The notes beneath the pieces are model-generated. The model was given only the letters and a program-made list of their open reading frames with translations. It did not search any database and was not told the origin of the DNA. Made by a program: the position numbers and the translations under genes. Below, in pieces: positions 54,620 through 64,000 of a DNA stretch of 64,000 bases. The stretch is from Thermoproteota archaeon (GTDB taxonomy: Archaea > Korarchaeota > Korarchaeia > Korarchaeales > Korarchaeaceae): assembly GCA_027491915.1 (NCBI GenBank), contig JAOZGC010000001.1, forward strand, positions 1 through 64,000, in the 5' to 3' direction. Each line of letters starts with the position of its first letter. Position 1 is the stretch's first letter.

Positions 54620-55331
54620 GCTCTCCCGAGAGGAGAGGGGGCGGCTCCTGGACCTCCTCGTCGGTGCCGGGGCGCAGTTGCTGAATCCCGGGCCGCACGA
54701 GGAGTTCCGGGCCACCCTGGGAGGATCAACCCTGGTGGCCTACCTGAGCGGGGCCGTGGTCTACCACCCGGAGCTGGTCGAGCTGGTAGAGGCCGCCCTC
54801 ACCCCGCCCCATGGGACTGAGCTCGGATCCGACGAGGCCGGCAAGGGAGAGTCCGAGGGTCCCCTTGCCGTCGCCGCGGTCGCCCTGGATCCCCCCGCCG
54901 CGGTCAGGCTGAGGGCCAGGGGGCTGGCTGAGACCAAGTCCATCTCCAGGTCGGCCCTCCCCAGGATCGCCTCCGAGATAGAGGAGGAGGCCCTCTCCGT
55001 CGCTGTCAGGCTGGTCACCGTGTCGGAGTTCAGGAGAGTCTGGTCCCGCGGCAACCTGAACGACCTGCTCACCGGGTGGCACCTGGAGGTGCTGGAGGAG
55101 GCGGCAGAGCGCGCGGGCCGGGTGGACATCATAGCGGTGGACTCCTTCGACGAGAGGAGGCTGACGGCAGCCCTGAGGCCGCTGGCCGAGAGGCTGGGCG
55201 CCGAGCTTGTTGTGGTTCCCGGGGCCGACTCCAGGTTTCCCAGCGTGGCGGCGGCGAGCGTCGTCGCGAGGGTCGCCAGGGAGAGGGCCATGGCCGGAGG
55301 GCGTCGGGAGGGCGCGGGGAGGAAGTGGTGA
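54609..55331 (+). CDS. Type 2 RNase H, RNase HIII-like
   Basis: GSDEAGKG..GPL, ETK, VDSF, AD..FPSVAAASVVAR; N-terminal FRATL...VAYLSGAVV. Confidence 0.78.
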   Translation: MSARLSREERGRLLDLLVGAGAQLLNPGPHEEFRATLGGSTLVAYLSGAVVYHPELVELVEAALTPPHGTELGSDEAGKGESEGPLAVAAVALDPPAAVRLRARGLAETKSISRSALPRIASEIEEEALSVAVRLVTVSEFRRVWSRGNLNDLLTGWHLEVLEEAAERAGRVDIIAVDSFDERRLTAALRPLAERLGAELVVVPGADSRFPSVAAASVVARVARERAMAGGRREGAGRKW

Positions 55332-55365
55332 CGCGGCCGATCGGCCGTCTTGAGAGGTCCGGGAC

Positions 55366-56646
55366 CTAGCCGGCCAGCCTCTCGGCGGACCTCGCGTGGC
55401 CGGGGAGACCCTCCAACGCGGCCAGCGTCTTGACGAGCTCGGCCAGCTCTGGGGCGGGCCTCCCGTTAAGTCTGGCGAAGGCCACCGCCCTCATGAAGTC
55501 TCTGGTGGTCAGGACCCCGTAGCTCCTGGAGAAGCCCGAGGTCGGGAGGAGCTGGTTCACGCCGAGCGCGTAGTCGCCCACGGAGCTCGGGGTCCTCGCC
55601 CCGACGAACACCGCCCCGGCGGTCTTTATCTCCCCGTGGAGGCCCTCCACCTCCGACCCCAGCAGGGCCACCCTCTCCGGGGCGAGGGCGTTCACAGCCT
55701 CCACCGCCTCTCCCACCGAGTCGAACACCAGCGCCACCCCCCTGCTGTCCATGGCCACCCTGGCCACCTCTCCCCGGGGCAGGTCCTCCGCTATGCGGAA
55801 AGCCCTCTCCAGAGCGATCTCGGCGAACTCCTCGCTCGTCGTAATCAGCGCCACGAACGAGTCGACGTCGTGCTCTGCCTGGGAGACCAGCTCCATGGCC
55901 ACCTCCCCGGGATCGGCGCTGGGATCTGCCAGGACGACGTGCTCCGACGGGCCGGACGGACCGTCTATGGCCACATCCTGGGCCACCATCTGCTTAGCCG
56001 CCATGAAGTAGTTGTCTCCCGATCCGAATATCTTGTCCACGGCCTGTATGGCCGCGGTGCCGTAGGCCATCGCCCCGACGGCCGGCGGCCCCCCCACCCT
56101 GTAGACTTCGTCCACCCCCAGCATGGCGCAGGCCGCCAGCAGGATCGGGTGGACCCTCCCCCCAGGCAGGGGCGGGGTGAAGACGGCCACCTCCTCCACC
56201 CCCGCCACCCTGGCCGGTATGGCCGTGAAGAGGAGGGTGGACACGTAGGGCACGTCCTCGAACTCCGGTATGTGTATGCCCACCCTGGATATTGGGAGCC
56301 ACCTTATCCCGTACTCCCCTATCTCCTCCCTCAGGATGACGTCCCCCGGCATCTCCATCCTGTGAAACGTCTCTATCCTCTCTATGGCCGCCTCTAGGGC
56401 CTCCCTCTCGTTCCTGCCAATCTTCGCGAGCGAATCCTCCAGGAGCCCCGCCGCCACCCGGAACTCCTCTGGCGGCAGGTCCACGCCGTACAGCTTTGAC
56501 AGGCCGTCCCTGACCCCGTCGTCCCCCCTGAGCTTTATCTCTCTTATTATGGGGGCTACGGCCTCGCGGAATATGGCGCCCTCCGCATTCCTCGTCTCCA
56601 GGGAGGCCACCGCGGCCCAGGCATCCTTCCCCCTGAGGATCCTCAA
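55366..56646 (-). CDS. hisD: Histidinol dehydrogenase-family protein (divergent)
   Basis: AIPARVAGV, AMAYGT, GPSE, SQAEH, GAVFVG, GDY, LPT, EGLPGH. Confidence 0.8.
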   Translation of the reverse strand: MRILRGKDAWAAVASLETRNAEGAIFREAVAPIIREIKLRGDDGVRDGLSKLYGVDLPPEEFRVAAGLLEDSLAKIGRNEREALEAAIERIETFHRMEMPGDVILREEIGEYGIRWLPISRVGIHIPEFEDVPYVSTLLFTAIPARVAGVEEVAVFTPPLPGGRVHPILLAACAMLGVDEVYRVGGPPAVGAMAYGTAAIQAVDKIFGSGDNYFMAAKQMVAQDVAIDGPSGPSEHVVLADPSADPGEVAMELVSQAEHDVDSFVALITTSEEFAEIALERAFRIAEDLPRGEVARVAMDSRGVALVFDSVGEAVEAVNALAPERVALLGSEVEGLHGEIKTAGAVFVGARTPSSVGDYALGVNQLLPTSGFSRSYGVLTTRDFMRAVAFARLNGRPAPELAELVKTLAALEGLPGHARSAERLAG

Positions 56647-56811
56647 GTCGGCTCCCGTCGGGGCGATTACCCCCCATTAATTAATGGTTGGGTTTCCCCC
56701 GGGACCGGGGGGATGAGGTGGCCATCCCAGAGTGATCCCTGATCGGCCCTGGAGTAACCGACCCCCCTCTCTCCACCTATTTTTAACGCGGTTCCCCTGA
56801 CTTCCGGGAGG

Positions 56812-58566
56812 GTGATCACCGGTTTGGAGGATCTGATGAGGCTCGCCATGGCTCTGGCCGCCGAGAACGCCCTGAAGCACGGTGAGGCCAGGGTCCAACC
56901 GGTGCTCGGGAAGATCCTGGCCGTCGACCCCGGGCTCAAGGGCAGGGTCAGGGAGCTGCTGCCGATCGTCAGGGAGGCTGTGGAGAGGGTCAACTCGATG
57001 GACCCCGGGGAGCTGGAGTCCCTCGCCTCCCTGGCCCCGGCCAGGGGCCGGGGGGAGGGTGGTGGGGAGAGGAGGTGGCCCCCCCTGGAGGGGGTCGGGC
57101 CCCAGGGCACCGTGGTGACCAGGGTGGCCCCCGAGCCGAACGGACACCCCACGCTGGGCCACGTCAAGGGGCTGATGGTTCCCTTCGTCTACGCCAGGAT
57201 GTACCGGGGGAGGTTCCTGCTCAGGTTCGAGGACACCAATCCAAGGGTGGAGAGGCTGGAGTTCTACGACGCCATAAGGGAGGAGTTCTCCATCGTGCTG
57301 GAGGCCGCGGAGAGGAGGCTCGGCCTGTCCCCTGGGAGGTGGGACGAGGAGATAATAGAGTCGGATCACCTGGGGGAGATGTACTCCCACGCCGAGAGGC
57401 TGATCTCCGACGGCAACGCCTACGTGTGCACCTGCCCCGCCGAGAGGGTCAGGAGGAACAGGTCGGCCGGGGTGGCCTGTCCCCACAGGGATCAGCCCCC
57501 AGAGGTCAACCTCGAGCTCTGGGACAGGATGCTCGAGGGGGGCTTCGCCGAGGGAGAGGCCCACCTGAGGCTGAAGACCTCCATGACCCACCCCAACCTG
57601 ACTATGAGGGATCCCGGCATCTTCAGGATAGTGGACCACCCGCACCCCATACAGGGGGACAGGTACAGGGTCTACCCGACCTACGACTTCGCCGTCAGCG
57701 TGATGGACGCCCTCACCGGGGTGACCCACGCATTCAGGAGCAAGGAGTTCGAGCCGCACGTCGAGGTCCAGAGGACCATACTGAAGATGCTCGGTTTCAG
57801 GCAGTTCGAGATGATCCAGTTCGGCCGGATAACCGTAGAGGGGCTCCCCCTCTCCAAGAGGCACATAAGGCCCCTGGTATCGGCGGGCATACTCTGGGGG
57901 TGGGACGACCCCAGGATACCCACCCTCAGGGGCCTCAGGAGGAGGGGTATAGCCCCGGAGGCCCTGGTCGCCCTGATGTACGACCTCGGTCCGAGCAAGG
58001 TTGACTCCACCGTCACGATGGACGCCATAGCCTCCTACAACAGGAAGTGGCTCGACCCCAGGGTGCCGAGGTACATGTTCGTGGCCGACCCGGTGAGGGC
58101 CGAGATACACGGGGCGCCCGGAGATCTGACGGCCGAGGTCAGGGTCCACCCGGACAGGCCGGAGATGGGGGTCAGGAGGATAAGGGTGCCGGCTCGGGCC
58201 GGGGTGGTCGAGGTCTACGTTTCCTGGTCGGATCACAGGAGGCTCCGCCGGGGTCAGGAGGTGAGGCTGAGGGGGCTGGTCAACGCGGAGGTCAGGGGGG
58301 TGACCCCGGACGGGCTCACCCTGAGGTACCTGCCGGGGGTGAGGACCGACGTCCCCATAATCCACTGGGCCCCGGTGGAGGGCGCCACGCCGGCGGTGGT
58401 CCTCGCCCCAAAGAGCGCCTACAGCTACGAGTCCTTCGGGGGTTTCGGGGAGCCAGCCATGTCCGAGCTGAGGGAGGGGGACCTGGTCCAGCTGGTCAGG
58501 TTCGGCTTCGCCAGGGTCGACGGGAGGGAGGGCGCCACGGTCAAGTTGATACGCTCCCACGGCTGA
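56812..58566 (+). CDS. gltX: Glutamate--tRNA ligase
   Basis: ENALKHG, TRVAPEPNGHPTLGH, LRFEDTNP, AYVCTC, YPTYDF, WDDPRIPTLRGLRRRG, RFGF. Confidence 0.95.
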   Translation: MITGLEDLMRLAMALAAENALKHGEARVQPVLGKILAVDPGLKGRVRELLPIVREAVERVNSMDPGELESLASLAPARGRGEGGGERRWPPLEGVGPQGTVVTRVAPEPNGHPTLGHVKGLMVPFVYARMYRGRFLLRFEDTNPRVERLEFYDAIREEFSIVLEAAERRLGLSPGRWDEEIIESDHLGEMYSHAERLISDGNAYVCTCPAERVRRNRSAGVACPHRDQPPEVNLELWDRMLEGGFAEGEAHLRLKTSMTHPNLTMRDPGIFRIVDHPHPIQGDRYRVYPTYDFAVSVMDALTGVTHAFRSKEFEPHVEVQRTILKMLGFRQFEMIQFGRITVEGLPLSKRHIRPLVSAGILWGWDDPRIPTLRGLRRRGIAPEALVALMYDLGPSKVDSTVTMDAIASYNRKWLDPRVPRYMFVADPVRAEIHGAPGDLTAEVRVHPDRPEMGVRRIRVPARAGVVEVYVSWSDHRRLRRGQEVRLRGLVNAEVRGVTPDGLTLRYLPGVRTDVPIIHWAPVEGATPAVVLAPKSAYSYESFGGFGEPAMSELREGDLVQLVRFGFARVDGREGATVKLIRSHG

Positions 58567-58581
58567 TCACCCGCGGTCACC

Positions 58582-59517
58582 ATGAGGGTCGTCGTGGTTC
58601 ACGGCGGGGTGAGGATATCGAGGCCCCGGCCCGGGGGGCGGTCCAGAGACGGGGAGATAGTCGACAAGTTGATGGACGTGGCGGAGAGGGCGCGCCGAGT
58701 CCTACTCGCCGGCTCCGCGCTGGACGCCGTTGAGGAGGCCGTCAGGATCATGGAGGAGGACCCAACCTTCAACGCGGGGTACGGCTCGGCCCTCAACCTA
58801 GTCGGGGAGGTGGAGGTTGACGCCTCCATAATGGACGGATCCACCATGCGGGCCGGCGCCGTCGGCGCGGTGAGGGGGGTCCTCCACCCGGTGACCCTGG
58901 CCAGGGCGGTTATGGAGAGGACCCCCCACGTCCTCCTAGTCGGGGAGGGGGCCAGAGAATTCGCCAGGAAGCTGGGACTGGGTGGAGACGAGGATCTAGT
59001 CCACGAGAGTCGGGTCTCCGCGAGGAGAGAGGCCCTGAGGGGGGCGCTCGGTGGGGGGTCCGCTGGGGGGACGATGCCGGCGCGGGATCTCATCGGGATT
59101 TACGGCGTGGGGGAAACGGTCGGCGCCGTGGCCCTGGACGGTGAGGGGAGGTTGGCGGCGGCCACGTCCACGGGCGGGCTGACCCTGAAGCTCCCGGGCA
59201 GGGTTGGGGATTCGGCCGTCGTGGGCGCCGGGACGTACGCCGACGGGAGGGCGGCCTGCTCCGGGACGGGGGTTGGGGAGGCGGCCATAGTTGAGGCGGG
59301 GGCCTTCAGGGTCGTGGAGGCGGTGGGCCGGGGCCTCCACCCGCGGAGGGCGGCCGAGGAGGTCCTGGACATCATCAGGCGGGAGACCGGGAGGGAGTTC
59401 GGGTTCATAGTGGTGGACCGATCGGGCAGGGTGGGGGTGGCCCAGATGGGCTACGGCCTGTTCTGGGCCTCGGCCACCGACGAGGGCGTCGAGGGGGGGA
59501 TAGAGGGCGGGGGATGA
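58582..59517 (+). CDS. Isoaspartyl peptidase/L-asparaginase (Ntn hydrolase)
   Basis: VHGG, FNAGYGS, DASIMDG, ETVGAVA, ATSTGG, GRVGDS, TGVGE. Confidence 0.93.
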   Translation: MRVVVVHGGVRISRPRPGGRSRDGEIVDKLMDVAERARRVLLAGSALDAVEEAVRIMEEDPTFNAGYGSALNLVGEVEVDASIMDGSTMRAGAVGAVRGVLHPVTLARAVMERTPHVLLVGEGAREFARKLGLGGDEDLVHESRVSARREALRGALGGGSAGGTMPARDLIGIYGVGETVGAVALDGEGRLAAATSTGGLTLKLPGRVGDSAVVGAGTYADGRAACSGTGVGEAAIVEAGAFRVVEAVGRGLHPRRAAEEVLDIIRRETGREFGFIVVDRSGRVGVAQMGYGLFWASATDEGVEGGIEGGG

Positions 59518-59526
59518 TCTCTCAGT

Positions 59527-59745
59527 TCACCCGAGGGACTCGTGGACCAGTATGGCCGTGACCGGGCAGGAGACCTCGCACGCCCTGCAGATGAAGCAGC
59601 GCTCCTCGGCCCCGTCGGTCACCGCGGCCTTCTTGGACTCGACCTCGAAGTTGCTGACCGGACACACGTCCACGCATATCCCGCAGCCTATGCACCTCTC
59701 CAGGTCCACCTCTATCCTAACCGCGTGGATAAGCTCCCTGCTCAT
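59527..59745 (-). CDS. 2x[4Fe-4S] ferredoxin
   Basis: CIGCGICVDVCP and CFICRACEVSCP. Confidence 0.9.
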   Translation of the reverse strand: MSRELIHAVRIEVDLERCIGCGICVDVCPVSNFEVESKKAAVTDGAEERCFICRACEVSCPVTAILVHESLG

Positions 59746-59750
59746 GCGGC

Positions 59751-60920
59751 TCAACCTCCCAGGACTTCTCCCACCTTCCGCCCCCTCTCCACCGCCTTCT
59801 CCATCTCGGCTGCCTTCCAGGAGAGGTCCCTGCTTGAGACGGCGCTGAAACCGAGGATCCTTCCGGTTCCCCTCTCGTAGACCAGGAACGCCCTGTCCCC
59901 CCACTCCGTCCCGCTCAGATCCCTCCTGTCGACGTCGAATCCCGCCTTCTCTGCCTCGACGCTCGTGAACCCGACGGACACCAGGAAGTTGCCGCCAATG
60001 AAAACGTCCTTTATGTATCTCGGGGTCCTGAGCGCCGCCTTGCTCCCGGAGATCGCCCTGATCGCGTTGTATGCCATGAGCGTGGCCACCTCCCCCACGG
60101 CGAAGTGTCCCGGCCTCCCGGTCACCGGGTCGTAGCTCACCGCGCAGTCCCCCACCGCGAAGATCCTGGGGTCGGACGTTCTCCCCTGCCGGTCGACCAT
60201 CACCGCCCAGTCTTCCCACAGGTCGATGCCCGCCTCCCTGGCCAGGCGCACCTCCGGCGTCACCCCCATGGCGGACACGACGACGTCGGCGTCGATCAGG
60301 GTCCCATCGTCCATTCTCACCCCTCCTTCGGTTATCTCCCTGACCTTCCCGTGGTCGAAGACCACGCCCTCCCGGGACAGCCTGTCCTCCAGCTCTCTGG
60401 AGAGTTCCGGCTCAAGAGACTTCCTCACCAGCCTAGACCTGACCAAGACGTGGGGCTCGGCCCCCAGGGCCAGGCACGTGTCGGCGGCGTGGAGCGCCAC
60501 CAGGCTGGCCCCGACCATGGCGACCCTGCTGGGGGACTCTTCCCTCAACCTCTCCACGTCCCCCACCCTCCTGTATCCTATAGTCCTCTCGGCCCCGGGG
60601 CACCTCGGCCTGGAGGAGTTGGCCCCGGTCGCCAGTATCAGGTAGTCGTATTCCAAGGATCTCCCGTCTTCTAGGATCACCTCCCTCTTGTCCCGCCTTA
60701 TCCTTGTCACCTCGCCCCCGACGAACTCGGCCCCCCAGGCCTCGACGTGCCTCGTGCTGACCGTGATGTCCCTCCCGGCGGCCACCAGCCTGAGCTTGTG
60801 CCTGACGTAGGGCCTCTCGTCACCCACCACCGTGACCTTCGCGTCCGAGAGACGCCTGACCGCGTCCCAGGCGGACGCCAGCCCTCCCAGTCCGGATCCG
60901 ACGATGACCAGCCTCTGCAA
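59751..60920 (-). CDS. FAD/NAD(P)-dependent oxidoreductase (pyridine nucleotide-disulfide family)
   Basis: IVGSGLGG, YDYLILATG, TSDPRIFAVGDC. Confidence 0.88.
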   Translation of the reverse strand: MQRLVIVGSGLGGLASAWDAVRRLSDAKVTVVGDERPYVRHKLRLVAAGRDITVSTRHVEAWGAEFVGGEVTRIRRDKREVILEDGRSLEYDYLILATGANSSRPRCPGAERTIGYRRVGDVERLREESPSRVAMVGASLVALHAADTCLALGAEPHVLVRSRLVRKSLEPELSRELEDRLSREGVVFDHGKVREITEGGVRMDDGTLIDADVVVSAMGVTPEVRLAREAGIDLWEDWAVMVDRQGRTSDPRIFAVGDCAVSYDPVTGRPGHFAVGEVATLMAYNAIRAISGSKAALRTPRYIKDVFIGGNFLVSVGFTSVEAEKAGFDVDRRDLSGTEWGDRAFLVYERGTGRILGFSAVSSRDLSWKAAEMEKAVERGRKVGEVLGG

Positions 60921-60959
60921 TGGCTTCCCCTCGCCCCGGCGTCCCTATAATTAATAATT

Positions 60960-61814
60960 TTAACTCAAATCTGACGAGTTCCCCCTCGGTGGGGCGCCGA
61001 ACAGCTTCCCGTACTCCCTCCTCAGGTGCTCCCTGCTGACGTGGGTGTATATCTGGGTGGTGCTCAGGCTGGCGTGGCCCAGGAGCTCCTGTATCGCCCG
61101 GATGTCGGCCCCGGCCTCCAGCAGGTGGGTGGCCATGCTGTGGCGCAGGGTGTGCGGGGTCACCCTCTTCTTTATTCCCGCGGCGGCCGCGGCCCTCCTG
61201 ACGACCCTCTGGACCGTGCGGGGGGAGACGGGGAAGATCCTGCGGTCAGATCCTCCGTCGGCCGCGTACGAACGGAGGAGATCTGAGGTCTCCCGATCCA
61301 CCAGGACGTACCTGTCCTTCCCCCCCTTCCCCCCCCGGACCACCACCACCCCCTCCTCCAGGTCCACGTCGTCCCAGGTCAGGGCGCAAAGCTCGGACAC
61401 CCTGAGCCCGGTGGCGTAGAGGAAGCGGAGCATCAGGCGGTCCCTCTGGGTCGGAGCGGCTTCTATTAGCCTGCGGACCTCGGATCTGCTCAGGACCGAG
61501 GGGAGGCGCCTCCTAACCCTGGGCCTGTCCACCCGAACCGGATCTCCCTCGGCGATCCCCCTGGACCTGAGGAACCTGTAGAACGTCTTCAGGGAGGCTA
61601 TCCTCCTGAGGATCGTCCTGGCGGATAATCCCCCCTCCCTCCTCAGGTACCCCAGGTACCCCTCGACGTCCCCCGGATCGGCCTCCTCCGGGGACTTGTT
61701 GAGCCACCGGAGGAACCTCCTGACGTCGTAGGAGTACTGCCTGATCGTCCCGGCCCTGTAACCCCTAGAGTCGAGCCACTCTGCGAACTGCGCTATGTAC
61801 TCCCCGACGTCCAT
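60960..61814 (-). CDS. xerA: Tyrosine recombinase XerA
   Basis: TGLRVSE, GKGGK, HTLRHS, LLGH, TTQIYTH; N-terminal SAM-like domain. Confidence 0.9.
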   Translation of the reverse strand: MDVGEYIAQFAEWLDSRGYRAGTIRQYSYDVRRFLRWLNKSPEEADPGDVEGYLGYLRREGGLSARTILRRIASLKTFYRFLRSRGIAEGDPVRVDRPRVRRRLPSVLSRSEVRRLIEAAPTQRDRLMLRFLYATGLRVSELCALTWDDVDLEEGVVVVRGGKGGKDRYVLVDRETSDLLRSYAADGGSDRRIFPVSPRTVQRVVRRAAAAAGIKKRVTPHTLRHSMATHLLEAGADIRAIQELLGHASLSTTQIYTHVSREHLRREYGKLFGAPPRGNSSDLS

Positions 61815-61895
61815 CTGTGGACCGGACGGCCAAAACAGGTTAAAAGGGTTGGGACCCCCCGGTAATAACGTCTCCGTTTCAGGGGGCTGTTGAAC

Positions 61896-64000
61896 ATGAG
61901 GAGGGCGGTCGCGCTGCTGGCAGCGATATCGGTAATGGCCCCGATCCCGGGAGCCCTCTCAACGCCTCAGGAGGGTCGTCTGTGGTCCGTCAAGCTCGAG
62001 AGGGCGCCCGTCCCGAAGGGATTCACCCTGCCCACCCCGATGCCCCTGGCCCAGGGAGTAGTGGCCGTGTACCCCTCCATCACGTCGGTCTCCCTCCTGG
62101 ACGTGGGTGAGGGGGGCGCCTCCCCCCTCTGGACCGTGGACCTCGGGAGGGTGCCGGTCTCCCAATTCACCTCGTCTGGCGAGTTCGTCTACGTCCTGAC
62201 GTGGGCCAGGAAGCCCTGGTCCACCAGGCTCTACGCCATAAGGGTGAGCGACGGGGCCATGCCATGGCCCGACGGAGTCGAGCTCGACACTGCCCTGAGG
62301 GACGTGCCCATAGTTTACGGGGGAGGGGTGGTCGCGGTTCCGATGGAATCGGGCGAGGTGTGGGGCATAGGGGCCGAGTACGGGAACAAGAAGTGGTCCG
62401 TCAGACTGTCGGGGACGGCAAAGGACATGATGCTGGTCTCGGGGATCCTCGTGGTCATGGACGGGGCGGGGGTCGTGGGGATAGACCCGGGCACCGGCGC
62501 CGTCCTGTGGAAGTTCGACTCCGGGGACGAGCCCGTCGCCATGGGGAGGTACGGGACGGCGGTCTACGTGGTGACCGAGGGATCCACCCTCTACGGGATA
62601 GACCCGACCAGCGGGAACAAGTTGGGCGAGGCCCAGCTCCCCAGGGAGCCCCCCGTCCCCGGGAGGATACCCGTCTGGGCTGACGCCGTGTTGGTGGCCA
62701 CCCAGAGGGCGAAGATATTCGCCGTCGGCGCCCGGTCGTACGACGTTTCCTCCCTCCCCAGGTACTTGGACCTGCTCCCCGCTCGCCAGCCCTCCCTCGT
62801 GAACGGGCTGCTCCTCGCCGCGGGGAAGTTCGGAGAGGTCTACTTCATGGATTGGAACCCCCGGGGGGTCATGCCCACCCTGCTGGAGTCCAGCCTCCCG
62901 GACGCGCCGGCGTCCGACTTCGGCCTGACGCCTGACGGGGAGATAGCCCTGATATACTCGGCCGACGGGTCTCTCACGGCCTTCAGGGTTCCGCTGCTTC
63001 AGGTGTACCCGAGGGGATTTGAGGTTCAGGGTGACGGGATCCAGCTGGATTTCGTCGCCTGCGCCTTCCTCTCGACCTCCTCCCCCGGGGTGATAACGGT
63101 TACCTCCCCGCTGGGGGACGTGCTGGCCCAGGAGGACTTCCTGTCCTTCGCCGACGGCGGTTGCATGGAGGACCTGATATACGTTCCGGGGGCGACGGCC
63201 TACGACCGGATCTACCTGTCCGCCTCCGTGGGGGCCAGGACTTCCCCGGAGGAGGAGGTCCAGTTGGCGGTCGGTCCGCTGCCTCAGCCCCCTGCCGCGG
63301 CCGGGTCGCCGGCGAACCTGGTGATCCCGCCCGGGGCGGTGGTCGGGGAGCCCACGTGGATAGGTGTTAACGTGACCAACGTCTGGGGTGAGGGGGAGAT
63401 CTCGGTCTCGGCCTCCGGCGAGGGGATATCGGTGTTTAACGCCTCTCCCGTCCACCTGGGACCGAACTCGTCCACGCTCATCAGGCTCGAGGCGACGCCG
63501 CTCAGGCAGGGAGAGCTGAAGGTCAACGTCTCGATATTGCTGGACGGCGTCGAGGTCTACTCTATAGGGGGGTCGCTCAGGGCGGCGGCCGGATCCATCA
63601 TAGACCGCCTGAGTCCGGCCTCGGAGGAGGTAACGCTGGGCGACGTGCTCAGCCTCCGGGTCACCCTGACCAACAGGTATCGGGACGGCGCCACCTTCAC
63701 CCTGAGGCTTGGGGACGGGGGCCTGTCCCAGCTCGCCCCCGTGACCGTTGGTCCGCTCCGGGCGGGCGAGTCCGTCAACGCGACCGTTGAGGGGGTGGCC
63801 TCGGCCCAGGGGGTCGTCAAGCCGGTGGTGTCCGTCCTGGCCGACGGGAGCGTGATAGACTCCGCCGAGGCGGGGGAGGTCAGGGTAGTCTCCCTGCCCC
63901 CGCCTCCCCCAGGCAGGGCCCCTCCCCAGGGCCAGCAGCCGTCCGGCGTCCCGTGGATCGGGATACCCTGGGAGACCGCGGCCGCCGCCGCGGCGGTGGT
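61896..64000 (+). CDS. Secreted PQQ-like beta-propeller + Ig-like surface protein (3' end outside window)
   Basis: Manual translation: signal MRRAVALLAA, repeats such as GIDPGTGAVLWKF, beta-sandwich region, Pro-rich linker, start of TM anchor. Confidence 0.8.
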   Translation, partial: MRRAVALLAAISVMAPIPGALSTPQEGRLWSVKLERAPVPKGFTLPTPMPLAQGVVAVYPSITSVSLLDVGEGGASPLWTVDLGRVPVSQFTSSGEFVYVLTWARKPWSTRLYAIRVSDGAMPWPDGVELDTALRDVPIVYGGGVVAVPMESGEVWGIGAEYGNKKWSVRLSGTAKDMMLVSGILVVMDGAGVVGIDPGTGAVLWKFDSGDEPVAMGRYGTAVYVVTEGSTLYGIDPTSGNKLGEAQLPREPPVPGRIPVWADAVLVATQRAKIFAVGARSYDVSSLPRYLDLLPARQPSLVNGLLLAAGKFGEVYFMDWNPRGVMPTLLESSLPDAPASDFGLTPDGEIALIYSADGSLTAFRVPLLQVYPRGFEVQGDGIQLDFVACAFLSTSSPGVITVTSPLGDVLAQEDFLSFADGGCMEDLIYVPGATAYDRIYLSASVGARTSPEEEVQLAVGPLPQPPAAAGSPANLVIPPGAVVGEPTWIGVNVTNVWGEGEISVSASGEGISVFNASPVHLGPNSSTLIRLEATPLRQGELKVNVSILLDGVEVYSIGGSLRAAAGSIIDRLSPASEEVTLGDVLSLRVTLTNRYRDGATFTLRLGDGGLSQLAPVTVGPLRAGESVNATVEGVASAQGVVKPVVSVLADGSVIDSAEAGEVRVVSLPPPPPGRAPPQGQQPSGVPWIGIPWETAAAAAAV

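Noticed and set aside
55329-55365. Stop read-through or Sec recoding to restore the RNase H C-terminus
   Set aside because: Downstream frame shows no RNase H similarity and runs into the convergent hisD; no SECIS seen.
57130-57170. GluRS HIGH motif reads TLGH
   Set aside because: Within the variation seen in archaeal GluRS.
60960-61814. Tyrosine recombinase as integrase of a mobile element
   Set aside because: XerA-like size and motifs, host-like codons, no adjacent tRNA/att duplication or cargo.

Overview
GC-rich archaeal chromosomal window, densely coding and mostly housekeeping. Gene content (csl4-DUF2067-rpoL, aglB, egsA, tfs, iorAB, abce1, aEF-2, xerA) and frequent ATA/AGG codons and TTG/GTG starts point to a thermophilic TACK archaeon, plausibly Korarchaeota (inference). 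About 60 CDSs and two tRNAs (Asp-GTC; Tyr-GTA with a 37/38 intron and an extended D-arm). No rRNA, CRISPR array or clear mobile element. Most long ORFs in the supplied track are antisense or off-frame shadows. Worth a second look: (i) four intergenic elements closed by terminal stems, three at the same TATA spacing as the tRNA-Tyr gene, one with switch-like alternative pairing, two near an orphan cas6; (ii) two genes that appear to need CUG initiation, one missed by the ORF track; (iii) perfect 82-bp and 68-bp identity between the tandem ATPase domains of cdc48 and abce1; (iv) a divergent HisD, an RNase HIII-like protein, an extended NDK and a KaiC/ACT-V4R operon. All protein calls are by motif recognition; no database search was run.
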